Shown: one piece after another, positions 1 to 10,445 of the stretch
Layout of the letters: each line of letters begins with the position of its first letter
How positions within the stretch are numbered: the first letter of the stretch is position 1
Assembly: GCA_051313645.2 (NCBI GenBank)
Contig: JBNRSN020000001.1
Span: 564,014,001-564,078,000 of the forward strand
Length of the DNA: 64,000 nt
DNA from: Centroscyllium fabricii
Lineage: Eukaryota
Direction: 5' to 3'
Program-made: the position numbers and the translations under genes
Notes under the pieces: generated by a model
What the model was told of the DNA's origin: nothing
The model's database searches: none
The model's input: the letters and a program-made list of their open reading frames with translations, nothing else

Positions 1-215
1 TATTCCACCGCTTTCAGTCGGGTCAGTTTGGGAGCGGCTGACCCGATACTGACGAAAATCGCATGGGGGCGGAATGGAGGCGGGATGGGTGTTTATTCTG
101 ATTTTCCCTGCACATCCACCTCCAAACCTACCTCCTCAGGGCTATTAAAATTGAACCCTAGGTGTCCTTTTGTACACAGTTCCCTTGTCCACTATTTTAA
201 CAGAGACAATACATT

Positions 216-1034
216 GGGCCAGAAATTCCGATGCCTAAAGCAGATGCCCACGGCGATGCCCACGAAAAATGCCCACGGATCCGAAATTTCCGATGCTGAG
301 GGAGAAGGGCCCTCAGCATAATACCCAGGAATGAGTTGCACCCAAAAATTCCGATTGAAAAAGGGTCATTTTTTTTCCGTGATTCTGTGGGCAACGGAGC
401 CCACAGATGCACTTGAAAAAAGCTGGAGTAACTCGTTGGTGAGGTAGAGAGAAATGTTCTTAAGCAAGGTAAGTTAATTTTTTAACTTTAATTTAAATTT
501 TTTACAGTTTTTGGGAGTAGTGTGGCCAGATCGGTAGCGTTAAATTTTTAAGTTAAAGTTTTTTTAAAAATTTAACAAATCCGATTTTAAGTTAATTTAC
601 CTGTTTCAAATCGCTAATTTTTAAAGTTAAATTTCTGAAATGTTTAACTCTCTAGCTAATTAAAAAAAAAAAAAAATCTAAGAGGAAAAAATGGCTGACT
701 TACCTTCCGTTTCTTCCTCTGAGAATCTGCTGTGCCCCCGCGCTGCTCCCCGCTGTCTGTTGTGCAGCTCCGCACTTCCCTGCTCTCACAAAGGTCCGAC
801 TCGGGATTTGTTCATTTAAATTAGGGATCTGGGGGGCGTTTTTTATTTAAATTTGGGATCTGTGGGCGGGGCATACACTTCGCACGTAGCGTGGCTGGAC
901 TGCCACGTTGCGAACGAAGGGGGCAGAGCCAGTCGGAAATTCTGAGCCAAAAAAACCTCAGATGTTGCTGGGCTTCTTAAGTGCTCCGCATGGTCCTAGA
1001 TGCCCACCAACCGGCAAACCCGCATTTCTGGCCC
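216..1034 (+). mobile_element. Non-autonomous PIF/Harbinger-like MITE, copy 1 (TIR GGGCCAGAAAT)
   Basis: Terminal inverted repeats GGGCCAGAAAT...ATTTCTGGCCC, flanked by ATT (left) and AAT (right). Near-identical inverted copy at 17539-18383 and a diverged copy at 58084-58910. No real ORF. Confidence 0.85.
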
Positions 1035-3887
1035 AATGTGCTCTGACCTGCCGCTGTCAACTCCCCTTTCTAGATAATATAGCACCAAGCCATCTCATCT
1101 ACATTTTTTGCAAAGGGGACATGGCCCCTTTAAATTTTTACTCAAACAACACGTCATCAGAGGTGAGAAACTGACATGCTCCAAGCAATTGTCTGGAGGG
1201 ACTCGCACGGCGGCTGTAACGAGGCCAATCGAGGTAAAATCGGAACTGCTGGGTGGCGGTATCCGGGAGCGGGTCCCAAAGCTGCCAACCAGCTGACCCG
1301 CCCCCATCCCACCTCCAGAATTAAATTTGCGGCCTGGAACTTTAATCACCTGAAACGTGACCTGCAAAATGTTATGAAGGGCGTTAGCTATATATTTACT
1401 GCTGCTGCTTCTCAGTCACAGCTTTGTTCCTTCAGTTACTAGTTCAAAACTAGTGGGGAGGGGCATCAGAAACTTGTGTGAAACTCTCTTTTCCTCTTTC
1501 CGTGCCATTGTGAGTTGGCTCCAGACCACGATGAAAGGATACAAAGCAATCATAGCTAAAAGCAGCCACAGGACTGGAGCGACCGGCATGCCAACTGGAA
1601 GGGATTGATTGTACACTCATGGCGAGCAGCCTACAGCGGAGAAAAAGAAATGGAAGAAAATTAGAAAGAAAGAAAAACCCATAGGAAGACAAAATGTAGC
1701 CCATGTGAGAAATGAATAGGATAATATGATTTGTTTTTTGGGAACTTCTAATAAACGATTTCTTTTTGGAAAATAAAAATTATTATTTTGGTAACCGCAT
1801 TCAGTAAAATAGTTAATGGTTTGTGCAAAAGCAAGAAATGAAAGTCACTTTTTAAACCAGAAACTTGTGCCCTTGTGGGGGGAGAAAGGAAATAGCGGGT
1901 TTTTATAATGAATTATTTTGAAGTAAAAAGGAATAAAGAAGGTAGGAAGTTGAAAAATATATATGGGAAGTATAAATGTTGGTTTTAGTTATTTATTTAT
2001 TTATCTTGTTGGGAACAGATTGTTTCCCTTCTTTTATGTGGTTATGGACTGACATGAAGGAAACTCAGACATATTGAAAGCACCATACAAGTGATTATTA
2101 ATGATATAACAGGGAATCTAGTTCTGTACGATTGGAATGTGTCCATAATATCAAACAGAACACAGAATTGTGAAGTGCTAGAAATGGTCATGCAGAGCAA
2201 CAGGCCACAGGAATGCAAATCATCCACCAAGCCAAAAGCAGAAACTAGCAGGTGGCCTGCTCCATTCATCTGATGTCAATGCCCTTCTCAGTTGTAGCCA
2301 TCAGCACATCTGGCAAGACTGATTACTACTTTCAATTAAATGAAACACAGTCACTTGGTGCATTTCTGTGCAATAAAACCACACGGTTAAAAAAAGGAAT
2401 ATTATATGCAAATATCCTGCATTCTGTTGAAGGGGAGCAGCAGGCAGTTTCTCTAACTTAATGAAAAAGGTTTATTTTTCTCTTCTAAAATCATGTTTGA
2501 TAGATAAATTATGGTGTTTTCTTGTAGCCTGAGCCCCACATGTGCTTCCCATTGAGCTAATGATAGTATTAAATGGTGGTACAGGAAAAACTGTTTAACT
2601 TTATATTCCATTAAAATGGCACAAACATATACATGGACACTGTGCAGGGAGTCACAAAGCCATAATTCAGTTGAGCAGTGAATATCAGTGAAACCCTAAC
2701 ATCAAGTTAACTCTTATCATAGCATCTGTTATTTTATGCAACATACACTGTTCTGACCTTGAAAGTTTGAAACAAAAGAAAGGATTCGTTAATGTGTACC
2801 AGTTATGGTTGTAGGGCTGATAAGGTTGAACATGAGGAAAATGTTAACAACGTCTGGTGGTCGGGGCCATCCACAAAATGGTAAATTACCAGAATAGCAA
2901 TATCACATCATTCACAGATTTTTTAAGGCCAATGACTTATGGAATAATTATGTAGTTAATATATTTCACAGATCTGATTTGTAGTCCAGATACATGGGCC
3001 CAAAAATTCGATCGGAAACAGGCCACAGGGGCCACCTCACGTGATCCCAGGTGATAAACTTTGGCTAATTCTAGATTGCTTTATTCTAGTTTGACATGGG
3101 TTAAAAGGTTGGTAGCAAAGAGGTAAAATATAGAGACATAACAATATTGCAGCTGCGAAGATAAGAAAGAGTCAACACAAGATGTTAACATTTAATTGGG
3201 TTTGTGCTGTCTCTATATTATTTTTTAATTGGTTGTTTTCGTTTTTCAGAATTATTCGCTGAACATGTACGTTTAATTTTTTTTGCAAGGTCTTTTGCAT
3301 TTATGTATTGTATAAATAATTGCAGTATCAGAAAAAGGGGCGCACTTCTGGGTTGTTATTTTGTGTGCAAACACAAGAGGCCTCTCGGAGTAAAGTACTG
3401 GGTAATAAACTTTAATTATTTTACAGTTTCTGACTTTGTGAATTACTGAGAAAGTGACAGACTGACCGACGTGTTTAGCCTCCTAAAGTAAGAACCCAAA
3501 CCCCCAGGAGGGTGGGTCCTCCTCACAGAGTGAGTGAGTTAACACAGGAAGCACGTTAACTTCATGCTGGGACCTCCTCCACCTCCAGCCTCACTACTCA
3601 CAATACTCCCCTCCCCCCACTTCCCTTCACCCTCCTGCAATCACTGTACTACACTCCACCACTGTTGTCTCCTCATGCACACACACTCACCACTATTACA
3701 ACTCTCACTTCCTCACATCTCCCATCTTACACACTGCACACCGACTATTCTCCAAACACCTCACAAGTCTGTCACTCACACACTCCCTTCTTTTTAGCAT
3801 GGACAAGGCCACACACAATGTGAGGCAGGAGGCTGCCAGCGGAGAAGGCCAACACCGCCGGCCCAGCCTCTCTTCCATGAAAGAAAA

Positions 3888-4352
3888 TCTGCGTTTGGTC
3901 TCCCCAATGTAGAGGAGACCACATCGTGAGCAGCGAATACATTATACTAAATTGAAAGAAGTATAAATAAATTGCTGTTTCACCTGGAAGGACTGTTTTG
4001 GGCCCTGGATGATGGGAATGGAGAAGGTGAAAGGGCAGGTGTTGCCTCTTCTGAGCTTACATGGGAAGGTGCCGTGGGAAGGGGAGCGGGTATTGGGGTC
4101 GATGGAAGAGAGGACAAGGGTGTTGCAGAGGGCACGATCCCTTCTTATTGTTGAAAGTGGAAGGGAACATGTGTTTGGCAGTGGCATCGCACTGGAGATG
4201 GCGGAAATGATGACGGATCCGTTGACTGTAGAGGCTGCTAGCGTGGAAGGTGAGGACAAGGGGAACCTTATCGTGGTTCTGGGAGGGAGGGGAAGGGGTG
4301 AAAGCAGAAGTGCGGGAAATGGGACGGGCGTGGTCAAGGGCTCTGTCAACCA
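3888..4352 (-). mobile_element. Penelope-like element fragment (GIY-YIG endonuclease region)
   Basis: Minus strand reads IQGPKQSFQVKQQFIYTSFNLV*CIRCSRCGLLYIGETKRR, a GIY-YIG motif. Upstream is a DKVPLVLTFH...IRHHFRHLQ segment typical of Penelope-like ORFs. Confidence 0.75.
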
Positions 4353-4840
4353 CAGTGGAGTTCCACTTCTTTCATTTCTGGAGTTGAAGATGTGGAGATG
4401 CCTCTGCCACTTCAGGAAGAGGAGGCCAACCTTACTGATGATGCACCATCACTTGACCTCACCCTCGCAAGCACCAACTCAGTTACTTACACCACGCATA
4501 CTTTAGAGGCTAAGCTAGAGGAGGGGTCTTCATGTAGTGAATCTCCGAGCATGTGCACAGGAACTAGGGTGGGGGGATAGGACACCACAGGTGCCAGCTT
4601 GTCAGAGGGTGAGGTCACACACTAGCTCTGCTGCAGACGACTCAGATGCTGACTTTAAGGGCCCAGGCTAATGAGGAAGGTTGATGAGCTTACAGCTGGA
4701 AATACTTGGTGCACTGGGCAGCCTGACAGAGAGCTGGTGCACAATTTCTCAGAGCATGGAGAAGTCTAGCTCCAACTTCCATCAAGGCTTCGCGCAGAGC
4801 ATGGAAACATTCTCTCCAACATGGACTGAGCAGTCAGCTG

Positions 4841-5862
4841 TTTTAAAATTCATTTCTGGGATGTGGGCATGGCTGGCAAGACCAACATTTATTGCCCATC
4901 CCTAATTGCCCTCGAGAAGGTGGTGGTGAGCCACCTTCTTGAACTGCTGCAGTCCTTGTGGTGAAGGTACTCCCACAGAGCTGTTAGGGAGGGAATTCCA
5001 GGATTTTAACCTAGCGACGATGAAGGAACAGCAATATATTTCCAAGTTAGGATGGTGTGTGACTTGGAGGAGAACTTGCAGGTGGTGATTTCCCATGTGC
5101 CTGCTGCCCTTGTTCTTCTAAGTGGTAGAGGTCGTGGGTTTGGGAGGTCCTGCTGAAGAAGCCTTGGCAGTCACTCTTACCTCACCTCTGGAATTCAGCT
5201 CTTTTGTCCATGTTTGGACCAAGGCTGTAATTTTTCTTCAGGCTAAAGGGATTAAGGGTTACGGAGAGAAGGCGGGGACAGGGTACTGAACTTGAAAGAT
5301 CAGCCAAAGATCAGCCATGATCTCATTAAATGGCGGAGCGGGCTCGAAGGGCCGAATGGCCTACTCCTGCTCCTATCTTCTATGTTTCTATGTAATGAGG
5401 TCTGGAGCCGAGTGGTCCTGGCAGAACTCAAACTAAGCATCGATGAGCAGGTTATTGGTGAGTGTCGCTTGATAGCACTGTTGACGACGCCTTCCATCAC
5501 TTTGCTAATGATTAAGAGTAGACTGGACAGATTGGATTTGTCCTGCTTTTTGTGGACAGGACATACCTGGGCAGTTTTCCACATTGTCGGGTAGATGACA
5601 GTGTTGTAGCTATACTGGTACAGCTTGGCTAAAGGCACAGCTAGTTCTGGAGCAAAAATCTCCAGCACGATAGCCAGGATGTTGTTGGGGCCCATAGCTT
5701 TTGCTGTATCCTGTGCACTCAGCCATTTCTTGGTATCACGTGGAGTGAATCAAATTGGCTGAAGACTGGTTTCTGTGATGGTGGGGACCTCAGGAGGAGG
5801 CCAATATGGATCATCCACTCGGCACTTCTGGCTGAAGATGGCTGCATGAATGATGGTTCTGA
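4841..5862 (-). mobile_element. Internally deleted CR1-clade LINE fragment (3' end plus pre-RT region)
   Basis: Minus-strand peptides APELAVPLAKLYQYSYNTVIYPTMWKTAQVCPVHKKQDKSN..ISKVMEGVVN and the C-terminal WNSLPNSSVG...FKKVAHHHLLEGN. Confidence 0.75.
5232..5391 (+). mobile_element. 5'-truncated HER1/CR1 3' end inserted in the older LINE
   Basis: Conserved GAATGGCCTACTCCTGCTCC plus (TTTCTATG) tail. TAAT flanks both sides as a probable TSD. Confidence 0.75.
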
Positions 5863-7253
5863 ATGATGGTTCATGAACCAGGCAGTGGTGCCATCAATAG
5901 TGGAGCCTCTGCTGACAGCTCTCACAGCCACCTTGGAAGATCAGACAGCTGGCATCTTAGTTTTGGGAGCCAGTGTTGATGAGGGTTTCCAGAGCATCAC
6001 CTCACTCCTGCACTCTGTTCTTGAGCAGACCTGGGGGAGTGCTGAGACACAGTTTCATGAGAACGCTGAGACACAGTCCCAGAATAGCGGCCTTGGCTAC
6101 ATGGGAGAGGCACGTGTTTTCCTCTCTCAGGACAACAGAATGCCTCTTCCTTCACCACCCACTCCACCAATATCCTTGTTATTGCTACACAACTGGCTGG
6201 GCCAGACTGCCCTGGCCCACGCTGAAATGCTGCAGCCTGAATCCAGCCCCTCAATGCCCAGACCTGCTCGAGGTAGCCCTCCCCAGCGATACGAAGTGTC
6301 CTCAATGGAAGCTGCACCTCCTAAGCTGGGGAAATACTTTGCAGGAACACTAGGATAATTAAAAAAGCACAGACGATGGGCACTAAAGGTTGCGCAAGGG
6401 TGATTAATAATTATTTCTGTTAGCTGTTAGATAGAGATGGAATTAAGTTATTTGATGAATTTGTTTTTGTTCTGGATTTGCTTCTGTTGTTTATATTTGT
6501 AGTGAAATTGAGGGCAAGACCTGTGAGGCTGGACGTAGTCGGATGTTGGTCGTGAGGACAGTGGTGATAATGATTGCAGGGCTGTTGGTGTATTGGGAAG
6601 GAAAGCATGGTTTACATCAAGCACACTCTTCAATGAGTCACTCTCAGAGCTCTGGCAGCTCGGGGCACTGGCGGGACACTAGGATGGAGGGTTTAGTAAA
6701 ACATAAAGCTTTCTAACTCAGTGCTATTTTAGGCATAAAAATTATAAAAACAACCCCTTCCCTCTGACTGCAAATTCATGTAGTATAATTAGACACAAAT
6801 ATTCCTCAGAAGAATTTGGATCCTGCACACACTCAAACACACTGGATTTTCCCTGTGGAAGCGGAATGGCGGCGGGTGAGCTGGTTGGTGGTTTTTGGTC
6901 CTGCTCCTGTCTGTCGCCGCTCTCTCAAAAAGATTTTCTGCAGATTGGCCTTGTTAAGCCCGCCCTGCGGGGTTCCTGGCCAATTAACAAGAAGCGGGTC
7001 TGATGACACGTCATCAGCCGGTTTCCTTAAAGGGACTGTGGTGTATGGACATTATACACCTATGTACTGATGATGCTAGACTCTACCTCGGCATCACCCC
7101 TCTATATCACCCCGGTGCTATACGATGGCCTGTGCCTTTAAGGATGGTGCTGGGCACTGTATCATGTGATGTCACCAGGCTGCAGTACCCTTACCAGCCA
7201 CTGTCGTGTATATAAGCTCGTGTGTGTAGTTCCTGTTCAGTCCTCGATTAGTC

Positions 7254-7668
7254 GGCATGGTGGCACGGTGGCACAGTGGTTAGCACTGCTGTCTCACAGC
7301 ACTGGAGACCTGGGTTCAAATCCAGCCTCGGGTACTATCTGTGTGGAGTTTGCACATTCTCCCCGTGTCTGTGTGGGTTTCCTCCGGGTGCTCCGGTTTC
7401 CTCCCACAGTCCAAAGATGTGCGGGTTAGGTTGATTGGCCATGATAAATTGACCATTAGTGTTAGGGGGATTGAATATGTGGGGTTACGGGGATAGGGTG
7501 CGATATGTGTTGATGCAGGCTCGATAGGGATCGGGGGATATAGGGAGAGGGCAGGGGAGGGGTACTGGGTTTGGATGATCAGCCATGATCTCATTGAATG
7601 GCGGAGCAGGCTCGAAGGGCCGAATGGCCTACTCCTGCTCCTAGTTTCTATGTTTCTATGTTTCTATG
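7254..7668 (+). mobile_element. HE1-type V-SINE inserted in the 5' LTR
   Basis: tRNA-like head (TGGCACAGTGG, GGTTCAAATCC), V-domain GTGTGGAGTTTGCACATTCTCCCCGTG, CR1-like 3' end with (TTTCTATG)3. TSD TAGTC; absent from the 3' LTR. Confidence 0.9.
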
Positions 7669-8377
7669 TAGTCCTCCATTAGTCCTCGACTAGTCCTCTA
7701 CTAGACTATGTTGTAAGCTACTGTAAATATGTTGGCGCGAGAAGCGCCACTGGTTAAGTTGTGATTTTACCATGCCAGTAAACATCACCCAGTTAGAACT
7801 TAACCTGAGTCTGTCGTCATTTGTCGTCCTTCTAACATAAAACATAACAATGGCGATAGACTTAACAGTGACGACGAGGTCAATCAAACGCATAGCTGTG
7901 CATTCGGCCACACTAGCAGAATCAGGAGAGTTCTTACCAGAACGGATCCATCAACGACCACGGCACGCCCTGCTCCTCGAGTCTAGGAGGGGCAGCGTTT
8001 TGAAGGAGGAACCCGGAGGCCTACACTCTGAAAGGAGAGTGGCGAGGCGCTCAAACGAGATCCAGCAGCAGCTTGCAGCAGATGGCACCAGCAGCCAGGA
8101 GAAGCTCAGGACAGAAACCTGCAGATCAACACCGGCAATCACCAGTAGCAGCCTTCAACGAAAGGCGACAGCAGCCAGAGCGAGTCCCACAGCGACCTGC
8201 AGAGTAAGGCAACAGCAGCCAGCAGAGCTCTGCAGGGGGGGGGAGAAGGCCAGCAGAAATCGAAATCCAGCTCCAGCGGCAGGGAGACCCGAGGTGAGCA
8301 ATTGGTGACCAGACCGCAGGGGGGAAAAGAAAGAAAATAAAACCCCGTGGGAAACACCATTCTTTGGCGCAAAAAGG

Positions 8378-9016
8378 CCGGAAGAGAAGAGCAGGGGGGC
8401 GGGGCCAGACGCCCGAGCGAGCAGAAGAAAAAAACCCGAGGACCGGAAGTGACACGCAGGGGCGGGACCAGACTGCCGAGCGAGCGCGGAGAAAAAGAGA
8501 GGACCGGAAGTGACGCGCAAGGGGGCGGGACCAGACTGCCGAGCGAGCGCGGAAAAGCCGGAAGTGACGCGCAAGGGGGCGGGACCAGACTGCCGAGCGA
8601 GCGCGAAAAGACCGGAAGTGGCACGAAAGGGGCGGGACCAGTCGCCTGAGCAAACACAAAAAGAACCGGAAGTGACGCGAAATGGGGCGGGACCAGACGC
8701 CCGATCGAACACGGAAAGAACCGGAAGTTACGCGAAAAGGGGCGGGACCAGACACCCAATCAAGGGGGAAAACGGAAGTGACGCGCAAAGGAGCGGGACC
8801 AGACTGCCGAGCGAGCGCGAAAAGACCGGAAATGACGCGAAAGGGGCGGGACCAGACTGCCGAACGAACGCAAAAAGACTGGAAGTGACTCGAAAAGGGG
8901 GCGGGACCAGACGCTGAATGAACGCGAAAATACCGGAAGTGACGCTAAAAGGGCGGGACCAGACACCGATCAAAAACGGAAGAGAAGCACAAGGGGGCGG
9001 GACCAGACGCCATTTT
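8378..9016 (+). repeat. Degenerate tandem array, ~12 units of ~45-65 bp (CCGGAAGTGACGCG...GGGGCGGGACCAGAC), in the LTR element leader
   Basis: A GCGGGACCAG-type core is seen ~12 times between 8399 and 9007, each preceded by a CGGAAG-type motif. Confidence 0.9.
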
Positions 9017-9179
9017 ACCCCAATAAGCCAGAATGGGGGAAGAGGAAAAGAGAAACAGAGCAACACCCAGCAGATTTGGGACTTTTCAGCCTGGGAAAGA
9101 AGACTGGGAATCGTATTTGGAACGATTCGACATATACTGCGAGGTGCAGACAATAGCTGAGGAGAACAAATGAAAGGTT

Positions 9180-10445
9180 TTGTTAAATTCTCTAGGACCC
9201 GAAGCATATGGGTTATTGCGAACACTGGCATCACTAACGAGACCAGTGGATAAATCCGCCCACGAGGCCGCTGCAGCAGGAACAGCTCAGATAAGGAAAA
9301 GTGGGCATCATGTAGAAGCTCACGAAATTGCTTGGCACAGGAAGAAGTGCTTCAGGTGTGGCAAGATAGGCCACATTGCAGCGGTATGCCGGTCCGGAAA
9401 GCTGACAAAAGGACCAAGAAGACAAAACTGTAAACAGGGCGGGGCCAAGAAGGTCCACGAGATTACAGAGGACGGTTCAGGGAGTGAACCAGAGAACCAG
9501 GGCAGAGAGCACTGGGGGCTAGGAAGCCTAACGGTCCATAACATGGGCACACAGTCAGACCGGGACCGGAAGATTATGTGGATTCCCCTCAAGGTGGCAG
9601 GGGTACCCCAATCAATGGAGCTTGACACAGGGTCAGCTCTGTCGGTGATAAATGAACGGTTTTATAAGAAAACCTTTAAGGCGATTCCCCTAGAACAGTC
9701 ACCCGTAATTTGTAAAACATATACGGGACAGAAGTTAAGGACTTTGGGACGGTTAGCCGTCTCAGTGAAATACGAAGGCAAGCAGACTAAAGGCCTCTAC
9801 CTGTATGTACTGAAAGATGGCGGAACACCACTCTTGGGACGTGAATGGATGAAGAAAATCCATATAGATTGGAACTCTACTCAGGATTTACACATCAAGG
9901 GTGAAGAAAAGAGTACAGCCACGTCGGACAGACTGGAGATACACCAGAGACATATCTCTCGTCTGACTCAGGGACGGAAGGAAGCCCGAGACCAAATTGA
10001 GTTGTTGTGGACTGCACAAAACGAGCGGAAGCATCAACACATCGGATCACGGTTGTACGGAGCACTTCAGACAACTGAAGGAGGAACCGTGAGTGAACTG
10101 ACTCAGGGCCCTGAATTGGCTGAACCAGAAGACGGCACGTTGCCTTACGGTGCTGGACTGAGTTACGCACCTCCATCACGGAGATCGGCAAGCACCCCAG
10201 ACACACAAAGGGGCTGCAAGGACTTGGCTAGCAATAGCCAGAGGCCATTAGTCGACTCTAAAGCTACAGTGGCTGGTTCGCAGGACAGAAATGAGTCACT
10301 GGAGGAGATGCACAAAGAAATGAACCAACTTAAGTCGCAGATGCAGGAGTTGCTTGAAACAAACAAGGCACTGCAAGACGATCTGCACGAGGCCAAAGAA
10401 CGAGCTATTGGCGGAAGGGAAGGCGGAGTTGGAAAGAAAACGTGA
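9180..10445 (+). pseudogene. gag-pro: Deleted gag (N-terminus, CCHC knuckle) plus aspartic protease plus unknown coiled-coil tail
   Basis: Upstream in-frame FQPGKEDWESYLERFDIYC..* (premature TGA), zinc knuckle CFRCGKIGHIAAVC, protease MELDTGSALSVI...PLLGREW, then heptad-rich LEEMHKEMNQLKSQMQELLETNKALQDDL. Confidence 0.8.

Larger units (their letters stand above)
3480..6700 (+). pseudogene. Decayed Harbinger Myb/SANT (NAIF1-like) accessory-gene remnant, interrupted by LINE fragments
   Basis: After a pyrimidine-rich intron-like tract, ~3801 reads DKATHNVRQEAASGEG, resembling the KxAHNxRE..TG.G exon at 30218 and 48747. Downstream low-complexity coding remnants at 4390-4830 and 5870-6360 resemble 47500-48430. 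Boundaries approximate. Confidence 0.5.

Noticed and set aside
1416-2461. Possible host exons or short hydrophobic ORFs
   Set aside because: No recognisable domain or consistent splice structure. I cannot exclude a small exon without transcript data.
7254-7335. tRNA gene (also 44271, 19351 and 38872)
   Set aside because: The A/B boxes are heads of SINEs with recognisable bodies and tails.
8126-8917. Long overlapping ORFs of 135-220 aa
   Set aside because: By-products of a GC-rich tandem array lacking stop codons.
8378-9016. CRISPR-like repeat-spacer array
   Set aside because: The spacers are related to each other, the repeats are degenerate, there are no cas genes, and it lies inside a eukaryotic LTR element.
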